This document shows positions 19,876 through 27,346 of a stretch of DNA of 33,574 bases, one piece after another. The stretch comes from a virus: the UHGV virus genome UHGV-0219389. One strand, written 5' to 3'. A program made the translations under genes and the position numbers. Positions within the stretch are counted from its first letter, which is position 1. Every line of letters begins with the position of its first letter. Under the pieces are notes generated by a model that was not told where the DNA came from, did not search any database, and saw nothing but the letters and a program-made list of their open reading frames with translations.

Positions 19876-20489
19876 TGAGTAACACTGCAGTTCTGGATGA
19901 AAACGGTATCGCCACTGTAGCGGGCGATATCACTGTATATCACTATGACGAGGAAACCCGGGAATACACCTCATCCTCTGTGGAGTATCTCGCCCTTGGG
20001 GTGGGTACTCCGGCACATTCGTGCGCCGATGCACCGCCGGAGGCAATTTCGGGTTACGTGGTTTGCCGGACTGCCACGCTGAACGGGTGGGAGCATGTGC
20101 CTGATCACCGCGGCGAGACGGTATACAGCACGGAGAACGGTAACCCCGTTCTGATTACCCAACCGGGTGATTACCCGGCGGACACCACCACAAAACAGCC
20201 TGCCACACCATGGGATACCTGGAACGGTGAAGCGTGGGTAACTGATACTGAACGGCATAGAGCCGCAGAGCTGGAGACTGCCAGACTGCAACGCCAGAAA
20301 CGGGTGGATCAGGCGATGAAGTCCATCGACCTCATCAACCTCAAACTGCGGGCAGGTCGCAGTCTGAAACCAGAAGAAACGGCAAAACTGAACGCCGTGC
20401 TGGATTATATCGACGAGCTGAACGCACTGGATATCAGCAAGGCACCTGAAATCAGCTGGCCGGAAGCGCCACTGGCGCTTGCCGGCTGA
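19875..20489 (+). CDS. tail fiber assembly protein (Tfa/U-like)
   Basis: 204-aa ORF, start overlapping the fiber stop. Confidence 0.75.
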   Translation: MSNTAVLDENGIATVAGDITVYHYDEETREYTSSSVEYLALGVGTPAHSCADAPPEAISGYVVCRTATLNGWEHVPDHRGETVYSTENGNPVLITQPGDYPADTTTKQPATPWDTWNGEAWVTDTERHRAAELETARLQRQKRVDQAMKSIDLINLKLRAGRSLKPEETAKLNAVLDYIDELNALDISKAPEISWPEAPLALAG

Positions 20490-20495
20490 ACGGTA

Positions 20496-20962
20496 TCACG
20501 CCGCCCTCACGATATAGTTAAATGCGATATTGCGGGGGCGAGCTGATACATAAGCCCACCAGTCATATCTTTGTGCACCTTTAGAGGATGCATCAAATAT
20601 CCACTTTTTGCCATTTATGACCCCCAGTTGATTAGAGGTTAAAGCGTCACCAAATCCGTATTGTGTAGAGCCGAGCGAACTGATATCTCCGGTATCATTA
20701 TCATCAAAACCGGATACGATAGTCCCTTCCTGAAATGAAAGTAGCGCACGCCCGGTATCAACCTTGCGACCACCGTCCCATCCACGGATAAACTCACCGC
20801 GCAAATCGGGAAGACGGAGGGTCGGGTAGACTCTGGCCAGAACAGGATATTGTTCTTTGGTGAACGTAGCTCCGTTGCACTGTAACCAGCCTGCTGGCGG
20901 TGTGGCGGTGGGCCACGGAACCGGTACACCAACAGGCAATGCAGAGCCTTCCCCCAAACCAA
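20496..20962 (-). CDS. alternative tail fiber C-terminal segment (Sv'), promoterless
   Basis: Minus-strand frame whose N-terminal 26 aa equal residues of the + strand fiber at the inverted repeat, then diverges; both variants end ...NYIVRA. Confidence 0.7.
20883..20962. repeat. 80-bp perfect inverted repeat, right copy
   Basis: Reverse complement identical to 19358..19437. Confidence 0.9.
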
Positions 20963-20974
20963 CGTTTATCTCTC
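20949..20974. other. gix-like crossover site, right (TTCCCCCAAACC-AA-cgtttatctctc)
   Basis: Inner half-site TTCCCCCAAACC matches the invertase half-site pattern; central AA is the reverse complement of the left-site TT. Confidence 0.55.
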
Positions 20975-21029
20975 AAATCCTCCCCACATTATCTCAGTAC
21001 TTTAACCACTCAAAAGGGAGTATTTTTAA

Positions 21030-21601
21030 TGCTGATTGGCTACATACGTGTGTCAACAAATGACCAAAACACAGATTTGCAACGCAAAGCATTAATGTGC
21101 GCAGGATGTGAACAGATTTTTGAGGACAAAATGAGCGGAACCAAGTCGGAACGTCCAGGCCTGAAACGCGCTTTAAAGTGCCTTAAAAGAGGGGATACAT
21201 TGGTGGTCTGGAAGCTGGATCGGTTGGGTAGAAGAATGAAACACCTCATTGCTCTCACAGAAGAGCTACGCGCAAAAGGTGTCAATTTTCGCAGTCTGAC
21301 GGATTCAATCGATACCAGCACTCCGATGGGAAGGTTCTTTTTTCATATGATGGGTGCACTGGCAGAAATGGAGCGTGAACTGATAGTTGAGCGCACGCTG
21401 GCAGGACTGGCTGCTGCGCGAGCACAAGGGAGAGTTGGAGGACGTCGCCCGAAACTGACGAAGGAGCAGCATGAGCAGATCGCAAGATTGCTCCAGAAAG
21501 GGTATGACAGAAAGCGGCTGGCAATTATCTATGATATTGGACTGTCAACGATCTACCGCTACCACCCTGTTGGGACTGTCATAACGCAACCTGAAATGTA
21601 A
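21030..21601 (+). CDS. gin: DNA invertase (Gin/Pin/Cin/Hin family serine recombinase)
   Basis: N-terminal MLIGYIRVSTNDQNTDLQ catalytic-serine motif and C-terminal HTH; start at ATG 21030 inside track ORF 20900..21601. Confidence 0.85.
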
Positions 21602-21679
21602 TTCTTTTTCAAATAATGAAACGCCGCGTGGATGCCATTTATCGCACAAGATAGAGTGCATTTATCGCGCGGCGCATCA
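21602..21679. repeat. putative Mu-type right end with repeated transposase-binding-like motifs
   Basis: Direct repeats CATTTATCGC at 21636 and 21659, GAAACGCC motif at 21618, sequence ending ...GCGCGGCGCATCA; resembles the Mu right end from memory. Confidence 0.45.
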
Positions 21680-21741
21680 TACAGCCCTTTAGCCTCCAGT
21701 TCTTCCGCTTTGCTGTCTTTAATCATGCTGTACCTCACTGC

Positions 21742-22167
21742 TTAAAACGGTATTCCGTCCCCGTACGGATCATCGTGCTGGCCTGTCTGTTGTTTTGCCC
21801 TGTTCAGTGCGTCAGTAGCCTGGCCCTGCTGGCCTTTTTTGCCGCCCGGTCGCGCCGTTCGCGCACTGATTACGCTGTCTGCGATGACCTGCCAGCCCTG
21901 CCGCGTTTCGCCGTTCTGGCCTGTCCACTGGCTTACCTGCATGTTACCCGCCACGCTCACCAGTTCGCCTTTCTGGTGTTTTGCCAGTGCGTCGGCCTGT
22001 CTGCCAAACGCCAGGACGGATAACCACATCGTCGCCGTTCCGTCATCTGCCTGGCTGCATGGCAGGGGAACCGCCATACTCGCCATCGCCATTTGTGTTC
22101 CCTTGCTGGTGGTCTTTAACTGCGGGTCAGCCACCAGCCGCCCGTAAGCCGCTATCTGTGCTGTCAT
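21742..22167 (-). CDS. SSB-like single-stranded DNA-binding protein
   Basis: 141 aa with Gly/Gln-rich linker and C-terminal acidic tail ending DGIPF, as in SSB (DDDIPF). Confidence 0.55.
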   Translation of the reverse strand: MTAQIAAYGRLVADPQLKTTSKGTQMAMASMAVPLPCSQADDGTATMWLSVLAFGRQADALAKHQKGELVSVAGNMQVSQWTGQNGETRQGWQVIADSVISARTARPGGKKGQQGQATDALNRAKQQTGQHDDPYGDGIPF

Positions 22168-22227
22168 GCTGTCTGTTCTCCGGTTTTAACGTTGATTGTT
22201 ACGCTTGTTTACACCCTTATGGTGAAA

Positions 22228-22376
22228 TTCTGCGGGTTATAATCGCACTTTTGCGGGTTATAACTGCCGTTTTGCGGGTTATTTTGGGTATTTTACGGGT
22301 TACGATTTTCCTGCCATTCCTTTAATAATCATATGGATACTGATTTATCCACAGAAATAACCCGCATAACCCGCAA
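22228..22376. repeat. iteron array (candidate replication origin)
   Basis: Four direct copies of (T)TTTGCGGGTTAT spaced exactly 21 bp (22231, 22252, 22273, 22294), an AT-rich spacer, then two inverted copies ATAACCCGCA (22357, 22366). Confidence 0.7.
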
Positions 22377-22403
22377 AATTTTCACCCTACACGCGAGAAA
22401 AAA

Positions 22404-24530
22404 TTAATCTTCTTCGCTTTCTGGCTGGAACATCAGCACGTAAAAAACATGCTGCTTCCCCCCAATTTTGCCGAGCGCCTTTTTCTTGTAACGGCGATCG
22501 TTACCCGCTTCCAGCATTCCGGCAGCACTCAACGCGCGGGCAAAGTGAGACGGATTAAATCCCTGTGCTATCTCACCCTCAAATACATGCGGGAACGTGT
22601 AAAAACGGAACTCGTCATCTTCGTTTCTGATACTCCCCTTTCTGTATCCGGCAAGCTCTTTAATCGGTAAATCACGCTCGTCAGAGTTGGGCCAGGGAAG
22701 GTATCTGCTGAATCCGAACGACGCTAAAAAAGCCTCTGCCTGTTCAACCATCTGTTTAAACTCCCTGTTACCCGTGCCGAACTCCTTCACCCAGGCATTA
22801 AAATTATGCTGTATGGCATCGCGGCATTCCTGCTCATCCCAGCCAGTAACATGACCTGAAAGCACAAGCGCGGCCTCCAGTATGGCAAATCGCTCCCCCA
22901 CACGGTGAACCTGTTCGCCGTAGCTCTCCGGTATCAGGTTGCGCCACCGCTCACGGCATGTCCTTACCGTGTCCTTTGCCTCCTGCTGGTGTTCTGCCAG
23001 CCATTTAACCCACTCACGACCCGCCGCCCCGTGATTTGCTGTCCAGGCATCCTTTAACGCGTCTGCGTGCGCCTTTCCGGTGCTGTATTCGTGAAATTGC
23101 GTGGCTTTTTCCATCGGAACGTTAAGCAGGCGGACAAGCTGCCCCGCTTTGACTTTTATCCCCTCCGTTTTGAGGAATGTCTCAACGTCCATTTCTCCGG
23201 TGCTGATTGCCACCGTTCGCCAGTGTTTTATCTCCCTGTTGCCGCCGTCCTTTGCCCCCTGTAATTTCCCGGAACCGTTAAACAGCGTATAGGCTGACGT
23301 GGACACCTCCCGCGCGTTTCCGGCCTGGCCTATTTCATCCAGGGGTAAAAGCCCGTCATTGTGTGCCTCTGCTTCGTTGGCGATACCTAACGCTGTGCCG
23401 TACCAGGTCAGCCGCTGCGCGTCCGGCTCTCCCCATAAACTTGATGCGATGTTCTGCGTTGTGGTCTTACCTGCCGATGACTGTTCGAAAAGATGTACCC
23501 CGAAGCCGTCAGCGCCCACCAGCCCGATTAATGGTGCGGATAACGATACCGCCACCCCCAGCATCATGGACGGATTACCACCAGCCAGTCGCGCCACGGT
23601 GTCGCGCCAGCCCTCCGCCGTTCCTGCCACGGAATAGCCATTAACAGCAGCAGTTTTTCCGGTAAACAGGACTGGCTTTTCGCAATCACCAATGACCGAA
23701 CCGTCCGGCATGATGTACGCGCCAAAATGCCAGCCCGTTGTTGTGCTTAACTGCCATTCCTCATGGCTTCCGCTTAACTGCATCCAGTCAGCCAGGATTG
23801 CCCTGTATTTACCGTTGGTTGTTACGTTCAGTCCGTGGTCTTTCAGCAGCCGCCAGCCGTCACGGTCGCCAATGCCACCGCACGGAACCGCCATTGTGAT
23901 GACTTCATGATTTGCTGGCTTTTTCCAGCGCATCACGCGGTAATGTTCTTTGCCGATTGTCCCCGTTCCCAGCAGTTCAAGCGGGGAACATAACCACGTC
24001 TCAGGCCGGATAATTTCGCCTGACTGCTTGTCCACTTTTGGCGTAACCCAGAAAACACCATCGGCGCGGCTTTCAACGCGGGGCTTTAATTCATCATCAC
24101 CCGGGCTTTCTGTGATTTTTTTCTTTAAGGGCAACACCAGACTTTCCCCGCGCTCGTATTCGTCTTTGAGGCGAGGCAACTGGTCGGATAAATCCGCCGG
24201 GCTGGTGTCAGTTATCCCCGCGTATTCGTATACGGTCTTCACGCCAGCCACAGCCAGCAACGTGACGATCTGTGTAAGGCTACGTTCAGTGATGTGCCCT
24301 GCGCGGTAAATACGCACACACTGACGGCTATCATCAATAATTTGATAACCGGTAATATCTTTCAGGTGTTCATCTGACAGAACGACAGGCGGCACATTGT
24401 CGGCGGCAATATGCTTACCTGCCCATTCCTGCCACTCTTTCGCATGGCTCCACGCATCACTACCCGCAAAGATGATAACCTCCGTCATTTTGTCGGCTGG
24501 CTGGTGCTTTAAGTTTGGTGCGCGCTTCAT
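22404..24530 (-). CDS. primase-helicase-like replication protein (P-loop NTPase)
   Basis: 708 aa with P-loop-like FEQSSAGKTT; placed beside the iterons as replication initiators are in P4-like and PICI-like elements. Confidence 0.55.
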   Translation of the reverse strand: MKRAPNLKHQPADKMTEVIIFAGSDAWSHAKEWQEWAGKHIAADNVPPVVLSDEHLKDITGYQIIDDSRQCVRIYRAGHITERSLTQIVTLLAVAGVKTVYEYAGITDTSPADLSDQLPRLKDEYERGESLVLPLKKKITESPGDDELKPRVESRADGVFWVTPKVDKQSGEIIRPETWLCSPLELLGTGTIGKEHYRVMRWKKPANHEVITMAVPCGGIGDRDGWRLLKDHGLNVTTNGKYRAILADWMQLSGSHEEWQLSTTTGWHFGAYIMPDGSVIGDCEKPVLFTGKTAAVNGYSVAGTAEGWRDTVARLAGGNPSMMLGVAVSLSAPLIGLVGADGFGVHLFEQSSAGKTTTQNIASSLWGEPDAQRLTWYGTALGIANEAEAHNDGLLPLDEIGQAGNAREVSTSAYTLFNGSGKLQGAKDGGNREIKHWRTVAISTGEMDVETFLKTEGIKVKAGQLVRLLNVPMEKATQFHEYSTGKAHADALKDAWTANHGAAGREWVKWLAEHQQEAKDTVRTCRERWRNLIPESYGEQVHRVGERFAILEAALVLSGHVTGWDEQECRDAIQHNFNAWVKEFGTGNREFKQMVEQAEAFLASFGFSRYLPWPNSDERDLPIKELAGYRKGSIRNEDDEFRFYTFPHVFEGEIAQGFNPSHFARALSAAGMLEAGNDRRYKKKALGKIGGKQHVFYVLMFQPESEED

Positions 24531-24841
24531 TTTGCCTTTCTCCGTTCACGAATAATTTCACGTACTGCCTTAATGCGTTCCATACCTGTAACGCGCATGA
24601 TTCTGTCGATGTCGCTTAAGTTCGCTGGTGGTGCTTTGCTTACCAGGGTGAATTCACTCTCAAAACGCATATGTGACGACACGCAGGGATGCGCATAACC
24701 TTCGCGGATATAGGTCACGCGAAAATCATCGACGGTTTTAATCGTTATCGTGCTGCCGTATTTATCCTGGAAAATATCGCCGGGGCGGATTTCAGGCCGA
24801 GCGGAGCCGCTGGCAGTAAAGCCAGAATTTTTCTTTTTCAT
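24527..24841 (-). CDS. hypothetical protein, coupled to the primase gene
   Basis: 104-aa ORF overlapping the primase start by 4 bp. Confidence 0.45.
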   Translation of the reverse strand: MKKKNSGFTASGSARPEIRPGDIFQDKYGSTITIKTVDDFRVTYIREGYAHPCVSSHMRFESEFTLVSKAPPANLSDIDRIMRVTGMERIKAVREIIRERRKAK

Positions 24842-24847
24842 GTTTTT

Positions 24848-25066
24848 TTACTCCAGAGGCCGCTTTTTAGCGAAGAGTTCAATATCAGATGTCAGAGAAA
24901 CCTGTGTATTTGCCAGGTCTAACAACAAAGAAATAAGAATTTCCTCTCTGCTATCTGATTTATCGGTGCTAAGGCTGTTCATCCACATATTGACGACTTC
25001 CCTGATTTTTTTCGCAGAGTGCATGGCTTCAAATGCCAGGTCTTCAATATCATGTTTATTTCGCAT
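24848..25066 (-). CDS. hypothetical small protein
   Basis: Internal ATG of track ORF 24848..25132, chosen to limit overlap with the upstream gene. Confidence 0.35.
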   Translation of the reverse strand: MRNKHDIEDLAFEAMHSAKKIREVVNMWMNSLSTDKSDSREEILISLLLDLANTQVSLTSDIELFAKKRPLE

Positions 25067-25268
25067 AATCGCCCCCGCGTAACTGGTCTGCACTAACACC
25101 CGATTTAGTGAGCATTTCAGAAAATCCCGCAAGAGTGCTGATAAATTCGTTTTCCATTAAACGGCACTGGCATTTAACCCGGCCTTTTTCCAGATACACC
25201 AGTACGCACCCCGTATAATCTGACGGCACATTCAGCACTACAGATAAGTGCGCTTCATTATTATTCAT
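25056..25268 (-). CDS. hypothetical small protein
   Basis: 70-aa ORF in the same operon. Confidence 0.35.
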   Translation of the reverse strand: MNNNEAHLSVVLNVPSDYTGCVLVYLEKGRVKCQCRLMENEFISTLAGFSEMLTKSGVSADQLRGGDYAK

Positions 25269-25497
25269 GGCTCACCACCTCCATATCAGCCATGATAATT
25301 TTGCTGGCCTCATTCAGTGCCATATCAGCACTAAGTTGCATTACAGCCAGTGAATGAGGAACGAAAGCCCCGGCATATTCTGTTTCGCTGGTGGCGTGCT
25401 TATGCGCCTTGTCTGCGATAACAGAAATATCAATCAGCGCGTGCATCAGCGTTTTGATGGCTTCGGCGGCTGCGTCCGGACGGGTGTTATTGCACAT
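25261..25497 (-). CDS. hypothetical small protein
   Basis: 78-aa ORF overlapping its neighbours at both ends. Confidence 0.35.
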   Translation of the reverse strand: MCNNTRPDAAAEAIKTLMHALIDISVIADKAHKHATSETEYAGAFVPHSLAVMQLSADMALNEASKIIMADMEVVSHE

Positions 25498-25693
25498 GGA
25501 GCACCCCCTGACGAATACGGGCGGCGAATACCATCACGCAGCCAGCCGGGGATTGCTGGCGTGCTTCCTGTTCGCTGGTGGCCACGATGTGAATCACGCG
25601 CGGTTGTGCGGTGCTCAGGGCGATAAAACGCCAGATGTATTTATTCAGGTTGTGCGAGTCCCGCCCTTGCGGGTGTGTGGTATGATTTCTCAT
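25487..25693 (-). CDS. hypothetical small protein, first gene of the leftward operon
   Basis: 68-aa ORF from ATG 25693 with GAGG RBS; this is the C-terminal part of the 301-aa track ORF, whose upstream part crosses operator palindromes. Confidence 0.4.
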   Translation of the reverse strand: MRNHTTHPQGRDSHNLNKYIWRFIALSTAQPRVIHIVATSEQEARQQSPAGCVMVFAARIRQGVLHVQ

Positions 25694-25770
25694 AGCTACC
25701 TCGATACTCTTGCTATCGTTGGTGGTTAGACGCCCTGCATGTGTTGCGAGCACTGCGGGGCGTTGCTTAA

Positions 25771-25826
25771 TTTGAGTGACAAAACTCAAACTGTGCGCAC
25801 AGATTAAAATCATGTGTGCGCACATG
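25771..25826. promoter_or_regulatory. divergent promoter/operator region with palindromes
   Basis: TTTGAGT-N6-ACTCAAA at 25771-25790; perfect palindrome TGTGCGCACA at 25792-25801 and again at 25815-25824; half-site TGTGCGC near 25862. Confidence 0.6.
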
Positions 25827-25898
25827 TCAATACTTAACATCTCATTTTTTTTGCTGTATTGTGTGCGCCCATAAAGTCCATTTAAGTGAGGTGCATCA

Positions 25899-26096
25899 AT
25901 GTCTAGCGGTAACACAAACAACAAATCAGCAAAGAAAAATATTCGATTCCCACATGAGCTTATAGATGGGATTGATGCCAGCGTTGAACAAGAAAAATTA
26001 ACTAATCCTAGTGCTAATTTTTCCGCATGGGTCTTAGATGCCTGTGGACGCAAATTAAAATATGAACAGCGCCGGAAGGCCAAAGAATCAGAATAA
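25899..26096 (+). CDS. ribbon-helix-helix (Arc/Mnt-like) putative repressor
   Basis: 65 aa; segment KNIRFPHELIDGIDASVEQEKLTNPSANFSAWVLDAC has the beta-strand/helix/helix pattern of Arc (RWPREVLDLVRKVAEENGRSVNSEIYQRV, from memory). Confidence 0.5.
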   Translation: MSSGNTNNKSAKKNIRFPHELIDGIDASVEQEKLTNPSANFSAWVLDACGRKLKYEQRRKAKESE

Positions 26097-26138
26097 TCAC
26101 TATCAGCGCCGTGGTGTGAGTAACTACGGCGCATTGCT

Positions 26139-26327
26139 ATGCAGGACAACACAATGACCGATAAAGAATTGACCAAAACATTATCACCGACACGGAAAAG
26201 ACGGCGCAGAAAGATAGAGCATGAATCAGAAAGATTCGCACCTTGTTCGTTTGCTCTTGAGAAATTCCTTAAAGAGCGCAGGAAAAAGCTCTCGTTGCAA
26301 ACCTTGGAACGAACCAAATCTGACTGA
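26139..26327 (+). CDS. hypothetical basic protein
   Basis: 62-aa Lys/Arg-rich ORF downstream of the RHH gene; weak RBS. Confidence 0.25.
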   Translation: MQDNTMTDKELTKTLSPTRKRRRRKIEHESERFAPCSFALEKFLKERRKKLSLQTLERTKSD

Positions 26328-26460
26328 TCACATTGCCCACCAGCCGCAAATGTGGCATTGTTGGTGATGCTTTTGTTTTCCCTTGTTCCCACTGGCTACC
26401 CTTTTGCGGTCGCCTTTGTTTTGCCTGTTATCCGGCAATAGTGGCGCTTCGTCACCTGTC

Positions 26461-26549
26461 TGATATAATTCCACTGCTTATATTCATTTTTTGCGCAGTA
26501 GGTTAATTGTTCGCAAGGGCGCTCCGGCAACGGGGCGCTTTTTGTTTTT
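26461..26549 (+). ncRNA. candidate small RNA (extended -10 promoter to intrinsic terminator, about 70 nt)
   Basis: TGaTATAAT at 26461-26469; stem-loop TTGCG..CGCAA; terminator GCGCTCCG-GCAA-CGGGGCGC + TTTTTGTTTTT at 26519-26549; no ORF with RBS between. Confidence 0.35.
26519..26549 (+). terminator. intrinsic terminator (8-bp stem, GCAA tetraloop, U-tract)
   Basis: GCGCTCCG / CGGGGCGC stem with one G-U pair, followed by TTTTTGTTTTT. Confidence 0.6.
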
Positions 26550-26707
26550 ACCCACCAGCACAATAAAAATCTTCATTTTCCATTTTTGTAAAATTTCATG
26601 CTTTCCGGACGACTGGTCATATGTCATTTTTTAGCAGAAGATTTTGCCTTGCTGGTGGGTAGCTTCCCGGTCAACACGATGTACCGTATAATCAACACCG
26701 CGTGTGG

Positions 26708-27292
26708 TTACTGAATACGCTCACCAAAGTAAAACTCAGGCTGGTATTCACGTATCAGCCTTTTTTCTTCTTCCTCCAGCTCACGCTTTTTGCGCTTACA
26801 TGCCTGTAGCTCCCTCCCCTTCTCGCTGGCACTTATCTGATATTGCTCTTTGCGGCGGGAAAAATCCTGTAATGCGCCCCACGGGATACCATAAGCCCCC
26901 GTTTTTCTGATACCCGGTATCACATTTCTGAATACCCAGTTACTGAAACGATGGGCGAACGTGCCAGGAGTAGCAGCTTTGCGACTTCTGGCAATCAGCT
27001 TGTAAAAGCCAGATTCAGAAACGACGCTATGATTTGGATTTCCGCGAATACCGTAAGTTAAAGTTACGGTATTACTTTCATCATCATCCAGAGCTTGCAA
27101 CGCCATGCGTGAATTGGATAATTCAAGCGCCGCACAAACATCCTTTGCAACAAACCACGGATCGCCGTTCAGATACACCACACGAACATCCACGCCATCA
27201 AAACGTAGAACGACCTGATCACGAATATCGCAGAATTTTTTCACTGGACGTGCATTCCCCTTGCCCATCATGGCAATATTTTTATTCATCAC
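26708..27292 (-). CDS. Bro-N domain antirepressor-like protein
   Basis: N-terminal motif DGDPWFVAKDVCAALEL characteristic of Bro-N; 194 aa; GAGG RBS. Confidence 0.65.
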   Translation of the reverse strand: MMNKNIAMMGKGNARPVKKFCDIRDQVVLRFDGVDVRVVYLNGDPWFVAKDVCAALELSNSRMALQALDDDESNTVTLTYGIRGNPNHSVVSESGFYKLIARSRKAATPGTFAHRFSNWVFRNVIPGIRKTGAYGIPWGALQDFSRRKEQYQISASEKGRELQACKRKKRELEEEEKRLIREYQPEFYFGERIQ

Positions 27293-27308
27293 TTTCTACC
27301 TCACATAC

Positions 27309-27336
27309 AAAAAACCCCGCATTGCGTGGTGCGGGG
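27309..27336 (-). terminator. intrinsic terminator after the AlpA-like gene
   Basis: Minus-strand stem CCCCGCA / TGCGGGG followed by TTTTTT. Confidence 0.55.
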
Positions 27337-27346
27337 TTGTCGGTAA

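Larger units (their letters stand above)
19346..20974. mobile_element. invertible tail-fiber segment (G-segment-like)
   Basis: Flanked by inverted gix-like sites and 80-bp inverted repeats; carries Sv and tfa on +, Sv' on -; invertase gene adjacent. Confidence 0.7.
1..21679. mobile_element. Mu-like prophage, right (late/structural) arm; left part lies outside the window
   Basis: Uninterrupted + strand operon in Mu late-gene order (terL, portal, F, G, I, T, sheath, tube, tape measure, N, P, V, W, J, gp48-like, S, U, invertible segment, invertase), ending in a repeat-bearing terminus that closes with ...CA. Confidence 0.6.

Noticed and set aside
21602-21679. mom/com-like genes after the invertase, as in Mu
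   Set aside because: Only 78 bp separate the invertase stop from the putative terminus; there is no room for such genes.
25487-26392. 301-aa minus-strand ORF from the ORF track
   Set aside because: Its upstream two thirds cross the palindromic operator region and two + strand genes, and the translated sequence is low-complexity (Ser/Cys/Leu-rich). Only the C-terminal 68 codons from ATG 25693, which have an RBS, were kept as a gene.
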